Origin: Lama guanicoe
Taxonomy: Eukaryota
Assembly (NCBI GenBank): GCA_013239625.1
Contig: MU056000.1
Coordinates: 7,851,214-7,915,213, forward strand
Direction of reading: 5' to 3'
Length of the DNA: 64,000 nucleotides
The position numbers were made by a program, and so were the translations under genes. Positions 39,307-51,735 of this stretch are shown here, piece by piece. A model generated the notes under the pieces. It was not told the DNA's origin. It saw nothing but the letters and a program-made list of their open reading frames with translations, and did no database searches. Within the stretch, counting starts at the first letter, position 1. The number at the start of each line of letters is the position of its first letter.

Positions 39307-40440
39307 GAAGCATGAGTTTCAGCAAGAACAAGGGCAGCTTCAGTTTGGGAACCTGCAGAGGGCGATTCTGCAGCCTACGTGGTGACAGGTGATTTTGTGA
39401 CTCTGCAGTACAAAGCGGAGGAACAGCTGATGCAGCACAGGATGGAGGGACATCTGTAAACAGGGAGAGTGTCACCAGATAGCACACACCCTCCGTGTGG
39501 CACCACGAATCCAAGACACCTGATTCCCAAAGAGGAAATTAACAATCAGAGGTTTTAAATATGGAGAAAAGGAAATAAGTCCTCTCTGAAAAGACCCAGA
39601 GTGATGGGTGTGTGTGCTGCGTCACCCCAGCTGAGCTGCACTGATGCCTCCCAGAATTCCCTTCGCTGCTCTGTTCCAGGTTGCGGATGTCCCTGGAGAA
39701 ACCTGCAGGCAAGCTGGCAGGGCCAGGGAAGCAGCAGGCAGTGAGCTCCGAGGGCTGGGGGCACCGGGCGCTGCTGCCACTTGTGTTGCTGGTGGGCTGC
39801 TCCAGCTCCTGGGTCAGAGTCCTGCCAGTCCCCACCACGTCTCCTGTTTCAGCTTCCCAGAGTCCTGGCCAGGCACATGTGGAGGGCTGTGGCACAGGGC
39901 GCCAGCTTCTGTGTGTCTCCCATGTGGCCAATATGCAGCCAGTGAGAGGGAGGAGAGGGTGCCAGTCTGTCCTCATGGGTGCCTGCTGGTCCTTGCTGCC
40001 CCTCCTTCCTGTCCAGGTTGTCTTCCTCATCTCTACCTGGACCTCATCTCTTCAGGCCCCACACCAAAGAGGCAAAGCCTCCCTCAGATTTCCTCACCAG
40101 CTCCCACTGGCGCTGATCAGGTTTCATCCCGATCTTAAGTCCCTTTGTCCATATCACTCATACCACACATGCTTCTGTGATCAACCCACAAGCTACATGC
40201 CTGGGGACAGTGTCTCAATGTGGCAAGACAGCAGCAATGTTTACAATTCCGCTCTCCCGAAGAGGAGACGCTATGCCTGCCTGGACGCTTAATGCCCAAA
40301 TTAACCTTGTGCTGGGACTTTTTTCTCCAGATTCAGCTTAAGTTCACCCCCCGTGGACTCTGGAAGCCAGGCGCCACCAGACTGGCCTCACCTGACTCAC
40401 TAGCTCCAAGACCTCCATTTACTCTTCTTCCCTCCAATAC

Positions 40441-41040
40441 TGTGGTGGGCAGAATAACAGTTCTCAAAAAATGCCCGCATCCTAATCTCCAGAGCCTGTG
40501 GGTATGTTGTCATATATTGCAAAAAGGATGTTGAAGCTGTGATTAATTTAAGGATCTTGAGATGAGGAGATTCTCCTGCAGAGACACCTGGATTACCCAG
40601 GTGGGCCCCATCTAATCACATGGGTCCTTAAGAGCAGAGGACCATTCCTGGCAGCAGTCATGGGAGATGTGACTTTGAAAGACTCATCCGAGATGCCATG
40701 TTGCTGGCTTTGAAAACAGTGGAAATGGGTCACACCAGTCAAGGAATGTGGGCAGCTTCTTTCTAGACAGGCATTTATTGGGGTATTAGGATGATTTAAT
40801 TAAAATATGCATGAACGCAATTTTTTTTTAAAAGCTAAAAAGGCTAGAAAAGGCAAGGTCTGTCCCCTAAAGGTCTCCAGAAAGAAACACAGCCCTGATG
40901 GCATCTTGATTTTAGCCATTTTAGCCTAGTGAGCATTTCAGACTTTTCACCTCCCGAACTGGAAGATACTAAATTTACATTGTTTCAGATGGCTAAATTT
41001 GTGGAAATTTGTCGTAGCAGCCATAGGCAACCCATCCAGA
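40441..41040 (+). mobile_element. MaLR LTR (MLT1D/E-like)
   Basis: Begins 'tgtggtgggcagaataa'; 'aaggatcttgagatgaggagatt', 'tttgtggaaatttgtcgtagcagccatagg'. Confidence 0.85.
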
Positions 41041-42199
41041 CTTTACTGAGTGGCTGCTGCGGTCTTGGCTCGAGCTGGTCCTGGGGATGCACCTGTGTCT
41101 GGGACAACGGCTCTTGATGGCTTGGGCCTCTTTTCTAAAGGTGATGGGGATGCACCAGGGTTCACACCTTAGAACAGTGAGACGAGTGGGAGCTGACACT
41201 GAAACACTGCATCTTCTGAGGCCCCCAGGAGTAGGTCACCAATTCCAGTGAGAGGGAGCCCTGGATGCTGAAGACCCCAGAGGACCCTTCTGGTAGAGAT
41301 GATGCAGAGTAAAAAAGCTGGGGAGGATGGTTTTCATACTTAAGCTAACTTAAGAACTGTGGCTTTTGAACTTCAACACACAATGGCAAGAGATATGGAT
41401 TTTTAGCCTTTAATTCCTTTGAACTTTAATGTCTTTGGACTTCAACATGAAAGTGGATTTAAACTTTGATTTTTAATTTCTCCTTGGGAATTTCATATTT
41501 GGTGGGGATTACATTAAAATTCGAAGCATCCCTACATCACTGGCATTTCATTACTGGAATGTCTCTGTTCTTTTTTTTTTTTTTATCTTCACGATGCTGT
41601 TGAATATTCTTGCAGAACCTCTGAAATGCTATGTTGGATAACATGGCTGGACATTATTTGGGATAATATATAAGCCTGGGATTTAATTTTAAATCTTGAG
41701 AAGACAGTGACCCTGGATTTGATTTAAATCATGTGCTGTTCTGACCCATTTCAGTACCTCTTGGTGTGATACATAAAAGGTCCACCAGGAGTCCCGGTGA
41801 TCACCGAAAAGCTCCATGAAGACGGAGAAAAGGCTACCTTGACAAAATGCTTGGCCCCTGCTTTGGAGAGACAAGCCACGCCTCTGGGTGATCATACAAA
41901 TAAAATAAGAGGTAAAAAAACAGGCTGGAGGACGTTAGTGGGGAAAATGTTTTCCCTCTGTTCTAATGTCTCCTTCCATAAAGGTGTTTATGCCCAGAAT
42001 TGATTAATGTTATGCACTCCCTGCCTCCCACAACCCAGAGTTCTTTTGAAATCGTAAGCTCATTGGCCAACAAAGTAATGCCTCCAACCTGGCTTCTATT
42101 GGCCATAGAGATAATATTTAGTAATATTTACACTTTGTCTTATCTACCAAACAACTCAAAACTTCGGTAGATACAGGGAGGACGTTATTTATTTGGGAT

Positions 42200-44510
42200 A
42201 TAACGGAGAAAAGCAGAGAACAGAAGGCATAACTCAGCAGGGGAGAAATTTCATCACGTTTCTTTGAGATACAGATAGAGGTGAGTTGGCTGGGGACTTA
42301 GAAGGGGAAGGCAGGATAGCACAGAGTAGACCCCGTCCTGATGACCCAATGAGGTGGCTGACGGCCCTGGGGGAATCCTAGACCCCTCTCTCCTGGCCAG
42401 AAAAATAAATAAGACAAACAACCAACTCAGAAGAATATTCTCCTAAGAGACTGGTTACATCGGGGGAGAGCTAAAAAGCTAATGTGGATATCTGAGCCTC
42501 AGAGAAAAGCCCCCTTCATCAAGAAACTTAAAGGACACCCCCATCACAACAGCTCACTCCTACCCGCTCACCTAAAGTCAAGCTCACAGTTAACAAGTTT
42601 CACTAATGTACACAGAGCTCAGATTAACTCTGCACTCCTTTCATCTTAAAAATGAGCAGAGAATTTAGGACCACATTTAAAATAACTTATGGTTACCAAA
42701 GGGAAAAGGGGATGGGAAGGGATAAATCAGGAGTTCAAGATTTGCAGATACTAACTAATATACATAAAATAGATAAACAAGTTTCTACTGTCTAACACAG
42801 GAACTATATTCAATATCTTGTAGTAACCTCTAATGAAAAAGAATACAAAAAGGAATGCATGTATGTATGTGGATGACTGAACTGTTATGCAGTACACCAG
42901 GAACTGACACAACATTGTAAACTGACTATAGTTCAACTTAAAAAAGCTTATTTGGCAAAATCAATGAGAAAGGCGCCTATCACTGAAGCCACAGCAAAGT
43001 GAGATGATTCATGGTAAAGAGACAAAAAAGCCTCAGTTCTAAATAATATCCTTCGAGAAATTCAAGAATAGTTTACATTCATAAAACTAGGCTAGAAATT
43101 ATTAAAAACCACAAAAGACAGTTTGTAGAACTCAGATACTGCTACTACTACCTCCCTAGACCCCTGCAAAAAGCAAAAACAAAAACAAAACCCCTCATAG
43201 ACAGGCTGAGGGAAACCTTGGCTATTAGAGAAGTTGCTTAGCATGTACGACAAAAAGGCAAAGGGCTTCAGATTATACTAGAAAATATAAGAGGGAGGAA
43301 AAATCAAACTAATCTGACCAATAATAACTCCAGAAAGAGAAGAAAAGAAATGAACAAATTAAAAAAGATAACAAGATGATTTTCGGGCACTGAAGGTCAT
43401 GACTCAATTAAAGGTGACCAATACCAATAAAAAGTTTTAAAAGGCATCACCTAGATACATCACCACAGACTTTTATAGTATCAAGGATAAAACTAAATTC
43501 CAGAAAATAATTCCTGAGAAAAATAACTTTCTACCCATCCATGTCTAGTAAATAACAATCATGTATAAGGATTCAGCAGTGACATTTTCAGAAGTTCAGC
43601 ACCATTTTTTAGGAACTTGTAAGAGAGGAAACCAAAGAAGAGGAGGTCATGGCATCTAGGAGACAGAGCTTCCAACCCAGGAAAGCTACACAGCAGGTCT
43701 AGAGGGCAATCATTTAAATCTGCCCCAAGGATAGAAGATTCAGGTGGTGAGATCTTTGGAAAACCAAGGAATTAATGGTTACTGAAATAACGGACAGTTG
43801 AGTTCGTGGGCATCATAGTTGATGGAGGATCCATCCAGATATGATGCTAGAAATGTACTCTGTTGACAGGCATCGTCACTCGGACCCACAGGGAAAAGGT
43901 ACCACATGGGTCAGCTTTTCCATCATAAGGCAAAGGCTGATCTCCGGCTTTCAGGTTTTTAAATCAGGCTACAGAAAACTTTGGAAGACTGACTACGGTT
44001 ATGGAAGAAAGTGCAATTCTATTCAACCTTGGCCATTAAAGTCAAGTATGATGCCGGCGGTTGTGAAGGAGAAAGGTGAAGACACAGCACTAATATCCTC
44101 ATCTTAACAAAACGGGTGATAAGAGAGAGGCTCTGTGTTCGACGGAAGAAATGGAAGTGTAACTGAAGTTACCTAGTGAATCTGCAGAGGAACCGAGGGT
44201 AACGACCCCTCCACTTTGGAAAGAAGAAGGCATGAGTGGTGAAAATGCAAAAAATCCCCTTCCATCACGGTGGAAAGTTAGTACAACAAGCCTGTTATAC
44301 TTGGTTTAGATGCGGAGACGAGCATGTGGTTTACAGACACGGCATAATCACGAGCAAACTGAAGCACAAAGCAAAACAAAGCAAAAATGAAGGCTGAGTG
44401 TCTCCGAGGGCACTGGCGGCGGGCAGATGGGGCAGGGGACTGTTGTCTCCATTGTAAGCATTTTTATCCTATTTTATTTTTTGACCATAGCGATTACCTC
44501 GATTAAAAGA
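42200..44510 (+). mobile_element. Degraded HAL1/ancient L1-related element
   Basis: A-rich L1 ORF1-like stretches ('ccagaaagagaagaaaagaa', 'cacctagatacatc'), 'aaccaaagaagaggaggtcatggcatctaggagacag', and an L1ME-like 3' end at ~44400-44510. Confidence 0.5.
42683..42945 (+). mobile_element. Younger L1 3' end nested in the HAL1-like element
   Basis: 'aacttatggttaccaaagggaaaagggg…gagttcaagatttgcagatactaacta…aactgactatagttcaacttaaaaaa'. Confidence 0.88.
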
Positions 44511-44738
44511 AGACAAAGCACTTGATTACCAACCTCGCCACGTCCAATCCTTCACAAGCAGTTGTTTTAAGAAGCCGCATTAAGAAATCAGGCCAACAGG
44601 GTCTCACTTATTTTAAACGCGGCAACATGATTAATTAAGCCCTCACGGTTCTGCATGTATTGGCATTTCTTTACTTTCCTGACCAAAAAGATATCTGCTC
44701 ACATCTGAGAGTAGGCGAAGGGCAGCCGGATGCAGGTG

Positions 44739-45150
44739 TGTATCAGCTTCCTGGGATGGTGGTGACGAAGTCCCATGGACTGAGTGGCTTCAGTAACAGA
44801 AACTCATTGACTCGTGGTTCTGGAGGCTAGAAGCCCGTGATCAAGGTGTCACCAGGGCTGGTTCCTTTTGAGGCTGTGAGGAAGACTCTGTTCCATGCCT
44901 TTCTCCTGTTGGTCTGCTGGCCATCTTTGGTGTTCTTGGCTTGCAGCATTACCTCTACCTCCGCCTTCATCTTCTCATGGCATTCCCCTGGATGTGTCTG
45001 TGTCTAAATTTCTTTTTTCCATAAAGACATCAGCTGTATCAGTTACAGGCCCATCCTATCTTAGTGCCCTAACTTAACTAATTACATCCGAGTCACATTT
45101 TGAGGGTCTATGGGTTAGGACCTCAACATATAAATTTTGGGGTCACATAA
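44739..45150 (-). mobile_element. MaLR LTR (MLT1B-like)
   Basis: 'ttctggaggctagaagcccgtgatcaaggtgtcaccagggctggttccttttgaggctgtgagg…gggttaggacctcaacata'. Confidence 0.85.
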
Positions 45151-48100
45151 CGACTTTGGAGCCCTTTGGAGACTAAAGCGTTAAATCAATGGTCCTAATG
45201 CTAGTGCGTAAAGTAGTCAAACTGAGGCTTGTCTCCTTAATTAAAAGGAAAGACTACCTGGGTGTACGAAGCTTAAGATGAAAGAACACATCTTGCTCTC
45301 GGGGAAGTGGAAGTCTTAGGACGCTTGCTTCCGACCGAAACACAACTTATTTATTAGGTCTTATGGTTTAATAAAAATGGCTTTATTATGATTTGGAAGG
45401 CATTCTGAAATCTTTAGTTGGGCATTCAAAATTTAGGCTGATTATTTCCGTGTTTAGAGAGAGAGACTTGTATTAGTCAAGCTCAAAGGACATGTGGCAT
45501 TGCTAATCAAAGTTTATCTGCTTAGAACATTTCAAGCAATGGCTAGCAGATAATAGCTTCAACTGGATTTACATAAAGTTCTGATCATCATCTCATGGCA
45601 ATTATTGCATAGGAAGAAAATTATTTATTGCAAGGCCTAACAGGCCATGGCAAAATTTATTCCACTATGAATAGATACTGCAGTGTAAACAGGCAGCTGT
45701 TTTTTCAAGCATGCGTGGTTATGTGTTGAATGTAAATGAATGTAAATACCTCAATTTCTAACATTCTATTGTTGTTCAAACAGTTTGCCAAGGAATCCTC
45801 AGTACATAATTTAAAGCTCTGCAAGATCACTTATTTCTTTTAGTCTTTTATTGTTTATAATTTTTTGCTCCAGATCCTTCTGGATATATGGCCTAAGTGT
45901 AATCTAAAGTCTGCTTTATCAACATGCTTTATTTTTTTTTAATTACTAAAATTGTTCTTCTGAGTATTTGTTTATAAAACATCCGAGTTTGTAAACATCT
46001 AGGGAGGAATTCAAAGCCTACATCACTCTCCCTTATACTATAATGCTTTTACAACACACACCTGTTTTCAAGAGTTCACTAACGTGCAGGAAGAACACGA
46101 CACAAAAAACTCTGAGCATGAGAGGGGACCGGAACGTCCCTACTCCTTGCTGAACTCCGTTTTAGGTCTGCTGAAAAGTGAGAAAGGAAGTCAAGGGCAC
46201 AGTTCCTTGTTTTATTTAATTCATGCACGCATGTCTAACCTAATTCCAGAGAAGGTTTTGAGGACGGTCCTTGTGACAACGAAGTGAACGGATCGGATCC
46301 TTTGTCCTCTTACCCTCTACTCCACCCTCTAGAGCCATGGACTCTTTTTCTGCTCGTCTGTCTGGTTAAGTTTCTAAAACATGGACACGTTTGCCAGGGA
46401 CAATGCTCTTAATGATTTGCAGCCAGTAATGCAAGGGTGTGACAGTTCACAGCGGGGCCCCCAACCATAAGTGGGCGCTGGCGTAAGCATCAAGGCAGCT
46501 GTGCCGGGCTGGGTCAGTTGACCGCCAGCCCCCCACGTGCAGATACATGGTCAAGGCTCAGCACACACCTGACACCGCAGACATTCAAAAGCATTTGAGA
46601 AACGAGCGACTAAGGGATGAATGAAGGGCCTGGACTCAGTGGAGTAAAAATTTCATCCTACTTAGGTGGAGACAAGAGCCTCAGAGGAGAGGAAAGAGAC
46701 TTGCACATAAGAGAAACGGAGTATTGGATGACCTTGAGGTTAAATCGAGTTCAGTGTGCTGGATTCCTAAAGCCTACAGGCGCCGACAGGACCCCAGCTT
46801 TCATAGCTCGCTCTGGCAGGTGAGCGCCGCTGCTGCTGAAGATGAAAACGACTTTCAGGCTCTTGGAGGTGAATCCATTTGCCTCGTTTTACCTCTGCAG
46901 CAGGCAGTGGAGTCAGCTTTGGCTAGATCTGCATCCTGATGCTCTGTCGAAAAGGAAGTCGGTAGGGTGTGGCGGGCTCCTCGGCAAGCCCGGGTCCCGC
47001 CCGGGTCCCGCCAGTGTGGGCATTTGGAAGGTTCCGTTACTGCAGCCTGGCCCGCAGCGGCGCCCCCTTCCCGTCGGAACGCTCTCCTGCGTGCTCCCTT
47101 CCAGTCTCCTCTTCTAGAGTGGTACTTGGCCAAGGTGCTTGCTGTTTTTCTCTCACACGGCACCCATCGTCTAGTTATTCCACCCATAGTATCAGCATGG
47201 CGACCCCAGTGACCGTGGGCTTCAGCCAGCCTAAATGCTTTGACCACGTGTTTTCCTTTGAAAAGGTGAAATTCATGTCCGAAGTTCAGCCACGCACAGT
47301 AAGAGCCTACCTCTGGCGAGGCAGAACGACACACCCGCTGAAGCAGCAACAGCCAGTCACCCTGCATCCTTCCCGCTCCCACGGCTCGGATGGCGTCGGA
47401 GCAGAAGACGGCGTTTCTTCCAGGAGGGGCGGCGGAGAGCGTCTGGGCCACCCGCTCATGCTGATGAAGAAACAGTGGGCGAAACCTTGGTTCTTCTCAA
47501 ACGGGGGAGAGTGAGAGGCACCTGCGCTCTCCCTGTAGTAAGTACGAGCATCGTTCCTACAGCCAAAGCTTCGCCAGGAAGGGAAGCTTGCTGACGTTCG
47601 GAAGAGTTCATCTGCCTCTGCTGTTTCCTAACGGGGCTCCCAGAGAAGCTCCGGATGTTGCGCAGGTGCACGTGACGGGTGGCGCCCAGCAGCTGTCGGA
47701 GCAGCGCTGAGGCCAACGGGGTAGCCCGCCGTCAGCTCCTTCATTTCGGCTTCTGATGTCACGCGAAGCACAGGGTGTGCTGTGAGGGCGATGTCATGGG
47801 ACAGAGGCATTGCTGCCAGCTCCTTTCTAACTGAAGCCGTCCATCACCTCAACCTTTTGCACGTGGCTAAGTTTCTTTGGCAATGAGATAAGCCACCGCA
47901 GAGAACGCTTGTAGACAAGGGTTTTGTGTTGGAGAAAATCCAAATTTTAGTAAAATCTAGTTCTTTCACATTATGAACTGGAATAGTATACAGCAGGATG
48001 TTCTTTGACTTGTGTTGGCCTCACACGTCCATCGGCAAGGTCTTAACGCACAAAAGCACCATGGTGTTTGTTTTCCATCACACACATTGAGTCCTTTCTC

Positions 48101-48796
48101 TTCCAGGCACATCCGATTTAAACGCAATCCATGAAAATAAGGACAAGTGCTCTTAACTGTCATGGCAGAGTATGTTTTCAGCTATTTAACTGCCCTCCAA
48201 ACTATCCTACACATCATATGTGCATAGTAATAGCTTTATCTTCCCTGACTATGTCACCCCACGTTAGTCCAGTGTGAAACATTATTATAACACTGCAACC
48301 CTTAACAACTTAATTTTCACCCAGAAAGCCAGTCCTTCACTTAAAGACAAAACAAGAGAAAATGGGGGTCTAGTTCTAATTTAGCTAAGAGTACGAAGAG
48401 ATGTGACAATCATCTTAAAGGGTATAAATCACAGAAACTATCCTGGGAGTCTTGACCCAAGAATGAACAAATATTTATGACTCTAGCTTCTGTCATGTAT
48501 TTTCTTAAATGAACAAGCTCACATATGTTCATCAGCACGGCTACAAGGAAATATTAGAGTCAAGACAGAAGGTTGGTGGAATCATGGATAATTAAAAGAT
48601 CCTTTTTCGACAGTCAACTTTGCAATCCACTTGCCAAATACTTGCTGGAAGGGGTACTTTGATGCGCCAAAAGGCAAAGATCACGCAGACCAGTGATTTG
48701 TACACAATCAAGAAGAGTCATTTGAAACGCCATGTTGAGGCCCTGACGCCGTTCGGCCTCCAACAAGTAAAACTGCACATTTAAAAAGTGAGGGAC

Positions 48797-49078
48797 GGGG
48801 AGGGGAAGGGATAAACTGGGAGTCCGAGATTTGTAAATATTAACTACTATATATAAAAATAGATTAAAAACAGATTTCTTCTGTACAGCACAAGGAACTG
48901 TATTCAATATCTTGTACTAACCTATAATGAAAAAGAATATGAAGACGAATATATATGTATGTATATGCATGACGGAAACATGATGCTGCACACCAGAAAC
49001 TGACACATTGTAACCGACGACACTTCAGCAACACAAAGAAGAACAGCACTAAGAATATTAGAAAAAAATAAAGTAAAA
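48797..49078 (+). mobile_element. 5'-truncated L1 with perfect 15-bp TSD
   Basis: TAAAAAGTGAGGGAC at 48782-48796 and 49079-49093; L1 3' UTR between them. Confidence 0.92.
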
Positions 49079-49769
49079 TAAAAAGTGAGGGACATAGCCG
49101 ATGACTAATGTTTCCTATGTCCATACGGATTCCAAGAAAGGTCCGCGCGGAAGGCTTCACACGTTCCCATTCACTCACGGCTCTGGGAGGTAGTTACTAT
49201 AATTACGTCAGTTTCACAATACTCGAAGGTTCCGCGCTCGTGGAAAGGCTTTCTCTCATGACCACTTTTGAAAAATTCCTTAATATGTAATATTACATAA
49301 CCTGGGGGCTTCTACTAGGCATCCATATTTTATTCAAGAAATTAACTGCCACGTACAATAAGCTCTCTGCTGTTAGCCGCACTAGAAGCCAGAACACATA
49401 CCTTATGACCCGTAACCCACGTGCCTTTTCCTTTCTTCAGTTGTTACTGACGTCATTCTGATGATGACCCGCGGGTATTGTTAAGATGTCAACTACTTCT
49501 AAATCAGATGACGAAGACTGAAATAGGGTCATAGAATTTTAGGATGGTTCTGTTAATTGCATTCTAATTATTTAAATGACCAGCCTACCAGTGTGACACC
49601 TGGTACCCTTGACCCACTTTTGTCATCGGCAAACACGCCTTGGGACTGCTTCTGCTATCAGCCCTCGGAGATGCCCAGCACCGTGATACCCGGTTAGCAC
49701 CTTGCGGCAGTGATGATGGAAAATTTATCTAGAGAGTCAGTCCTGCGGTTAAGGAAAAAGGCTTCTAAC

Positions 49770-49983
49770 CTGTGACCAGCTCCCGGATCTCCAGGTCGGT
49801 GGTCTTGCGGAGCAGCCTCACCAGCGCCGGGATGCCGCCGCAGTTCTTCAGGGCGATCTTGTTGTCATCGTTGGCCTTCCCGTACACCAGGTTTCTCAGG
49901 GCGCCACAGGCACTGCGGTGGACTTCCGTCATCCGATGATCCAGCAGGTCCACCAGGAGCTGGATGCCTCCTTGTCGCCTTAT
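49770..49983 (-). CDS. CTNND2: CTNND2 (delta-catenin) internal coding exon, 214 bp, probably human exon 11 equivalent; armadillo repeats
   Basis: Translates as [71 protein letters not shown](G), which I recognise as delta-catenin. Acceptor CTTTCAG|ATA (AG at 49985-49984); donor ACAG|GTTAGA (GT at 49769-49768); phase 0 to 1. Confidence 0.97.
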
Positions 49984-50597
49984 CTGAAAGAGCAAAGGAC
50001 ACACCTTTTGCCTTAGAGAGGAAGCGTTCGCTATTTAAACCCAGACAGGTTTTTCATATGAAGGAGTTGCTACAATTAATTGCACTGAATTGAATGAGAC
50101 CTTTGACAAAGGGCAAAGAAAACAAACTGTGGTTCTCTTTAGATTTTATTGCTTTTACTTGTTTTAATAGCCTACCGATAATAATTCAAATGCCTTTCGT
50201 TTAAAGCTGCAGAATTCTGGAAAGGTGAGTTCCACCTCCCATCGGGTGTCTCAGCCACTTCTCTCTATAAAACTACGCCACATACTCATGGCATGAAGGC
50301 AACCGAGAGGCAAAAATGCTGCTCGCTCCTAAGACTTATTAAATGTAACCACCGTCTTAAAAGGCTGCAGAATGGATGTACATTTACTAGGGAAATGCTC
50401 CCAACCTTTCAAAGGAACCAGAAGCTACATGAGAAACCAGAATTGACAGAGGCTTTTCATCTGAGAAGATCTGGAAAATAAGAACTTCACTCATCATGAC
50501 AGCTGGTCAGAACCCTGAGACCAAGGTGTGCTGCGCTTAACGGTGGTATTTGATTAATAATAACAACCCAATAATATTAAATTCTGGTATTCTTTTT

Positions 50598-51013
50598 TTC
50601 ATTTTTCAGTTTTATTAGGTAGAATTGTTACAATTTGACAGCACATATATAATATATTACATGTAAATACATATACACAATATTCTGAATATATTTTTAA
50701 AATTTACATGTATGTACTGTTCATTGTTTCTAAGGACGTTTAGAGCTTTAGATTTTAAACTTACGTAGTTATCAAAGGAATAAAGCCAACCCCAAATAAG
50801 AATTAATTCAAAAAGATACACACACCCCGCTATTAACAGCAACGTTCTTTATAATTGCCAAGATATGGAAGCATCCTAAGTGCACATCGATAGATGAATG
50901 CATAAAGAAGATGCAGCATATATATGTGATGGGATTCAACTCACCCTTAAGAAAGGACATTTTGCCATTTGCAGCCCTTCATTCACTTTTTTTCTTTTCA
51001 CTTCAAGACCCAG
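50598..51013 (-). mobile_element. L1-mediated chimeric retro-insertion with 19-bp TSD
   Basis: AAATTCTGGTATTCTTTTT at 50579-50597 and 51014-51032; minus-strand AATAAA plus A-rich tail; internal plus-strand L1 fragment at ~50803-50975. Confidence 0.8.
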
Positions 51014-51439
51014 AAATTCTGGTATTCTTTTTACCCAAAGAAAACGTGGGTGCTTTACAAATAAGTAAGTGAAAAGAAAAACTTGCAGTATGTTTCTAGA
51101 TGTGTGTTCTTCTTGCTGTCCTTTAATTTTTAGGCTATTTCGAAAATTTAAACTGCAAACAAACTGTCTAGTTACATACAGGCCATTTCATGGCAGTTTT
51201 CGTTAGCAGAGTTGTATTTGAATATTTCTGCATTTATTTGGAAAAATAATAGAATTCACGCAGTAATGTTTCTTTCTTTAACTTCAGTGCCCCTCAGGGA
51301 TTGAAGAATTGTAATTTGGCATGAATGAGTATAATATGGCACCTTCCCTGCTTAGTTTTTTTATTACAGAAAACTCATTCATCCCACAGATATGCAGGGG
51401 CGTATGGCTAAATCCCCGGATTCTTTCAAAGGTGCTCAG

Positions 51440-51735
51440 ATGCCGCGTTCTCTATGTGGCTACTCTGACCACACTGTTTAAAATTGCCATCTGAACCACA
51501 CCCACTCCCCAACCCAGCATTCTGGCATTGCCTTTATCTGTTATAGCATCCTTCAGAGCAATTATTCTGTCCTGACTTCTTTATTATGTTTCTTGTTATT
51601 GTCTGTCTTCTGCTAGAACGTATGTTCTTTGAGGGCAAGTCTCCTGGTTTGTTCCCTGATAGATCCCCATTCCTGTTCCAAGAGCAATGCCAGGTACACA
51701 GTAGATGCTCAATAGATATTTGGTGAGTAAATGGT
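51440..51735 (+). mobile_element. L2 3' end
   Basis: 'gctagaacgtatgttctttgagggcaag…gccaggtacacagtagatgctcaatagatatttggtgagtaaatg'. Confidence 0.75.

Larger units (their letters stand above)
8081..49769 (-). other. CTNND2: CTNND2 intron, 41,689 bp, GT-AG, phase 1
   Basis: Lies between the two exons, whose peptides are contiguous in delta-catenin (…[13 protein letters not shown]…). Confidence 0.92.

Noticed and set aside
39539..40292. Overlapping 163-203 aa ORFs
   Set aside because: No recognisable domain; ORFs occur on both strands in GC-rich sequence with few stop codons.
46855..47514. 198-aa (-) and 181-aa (+) ORFs
   Set aside because: No homology I recognise, and the flanking CTNND2 exons already join contiguously; explained by GC content.
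49984..50004. N-terminal extensions of the ORF-track calls 49765-50004 and 7893-8141
   Set aside because: They are polypyrimidine tract and intron upstream of the AG acceptors, with non-ATG starts.
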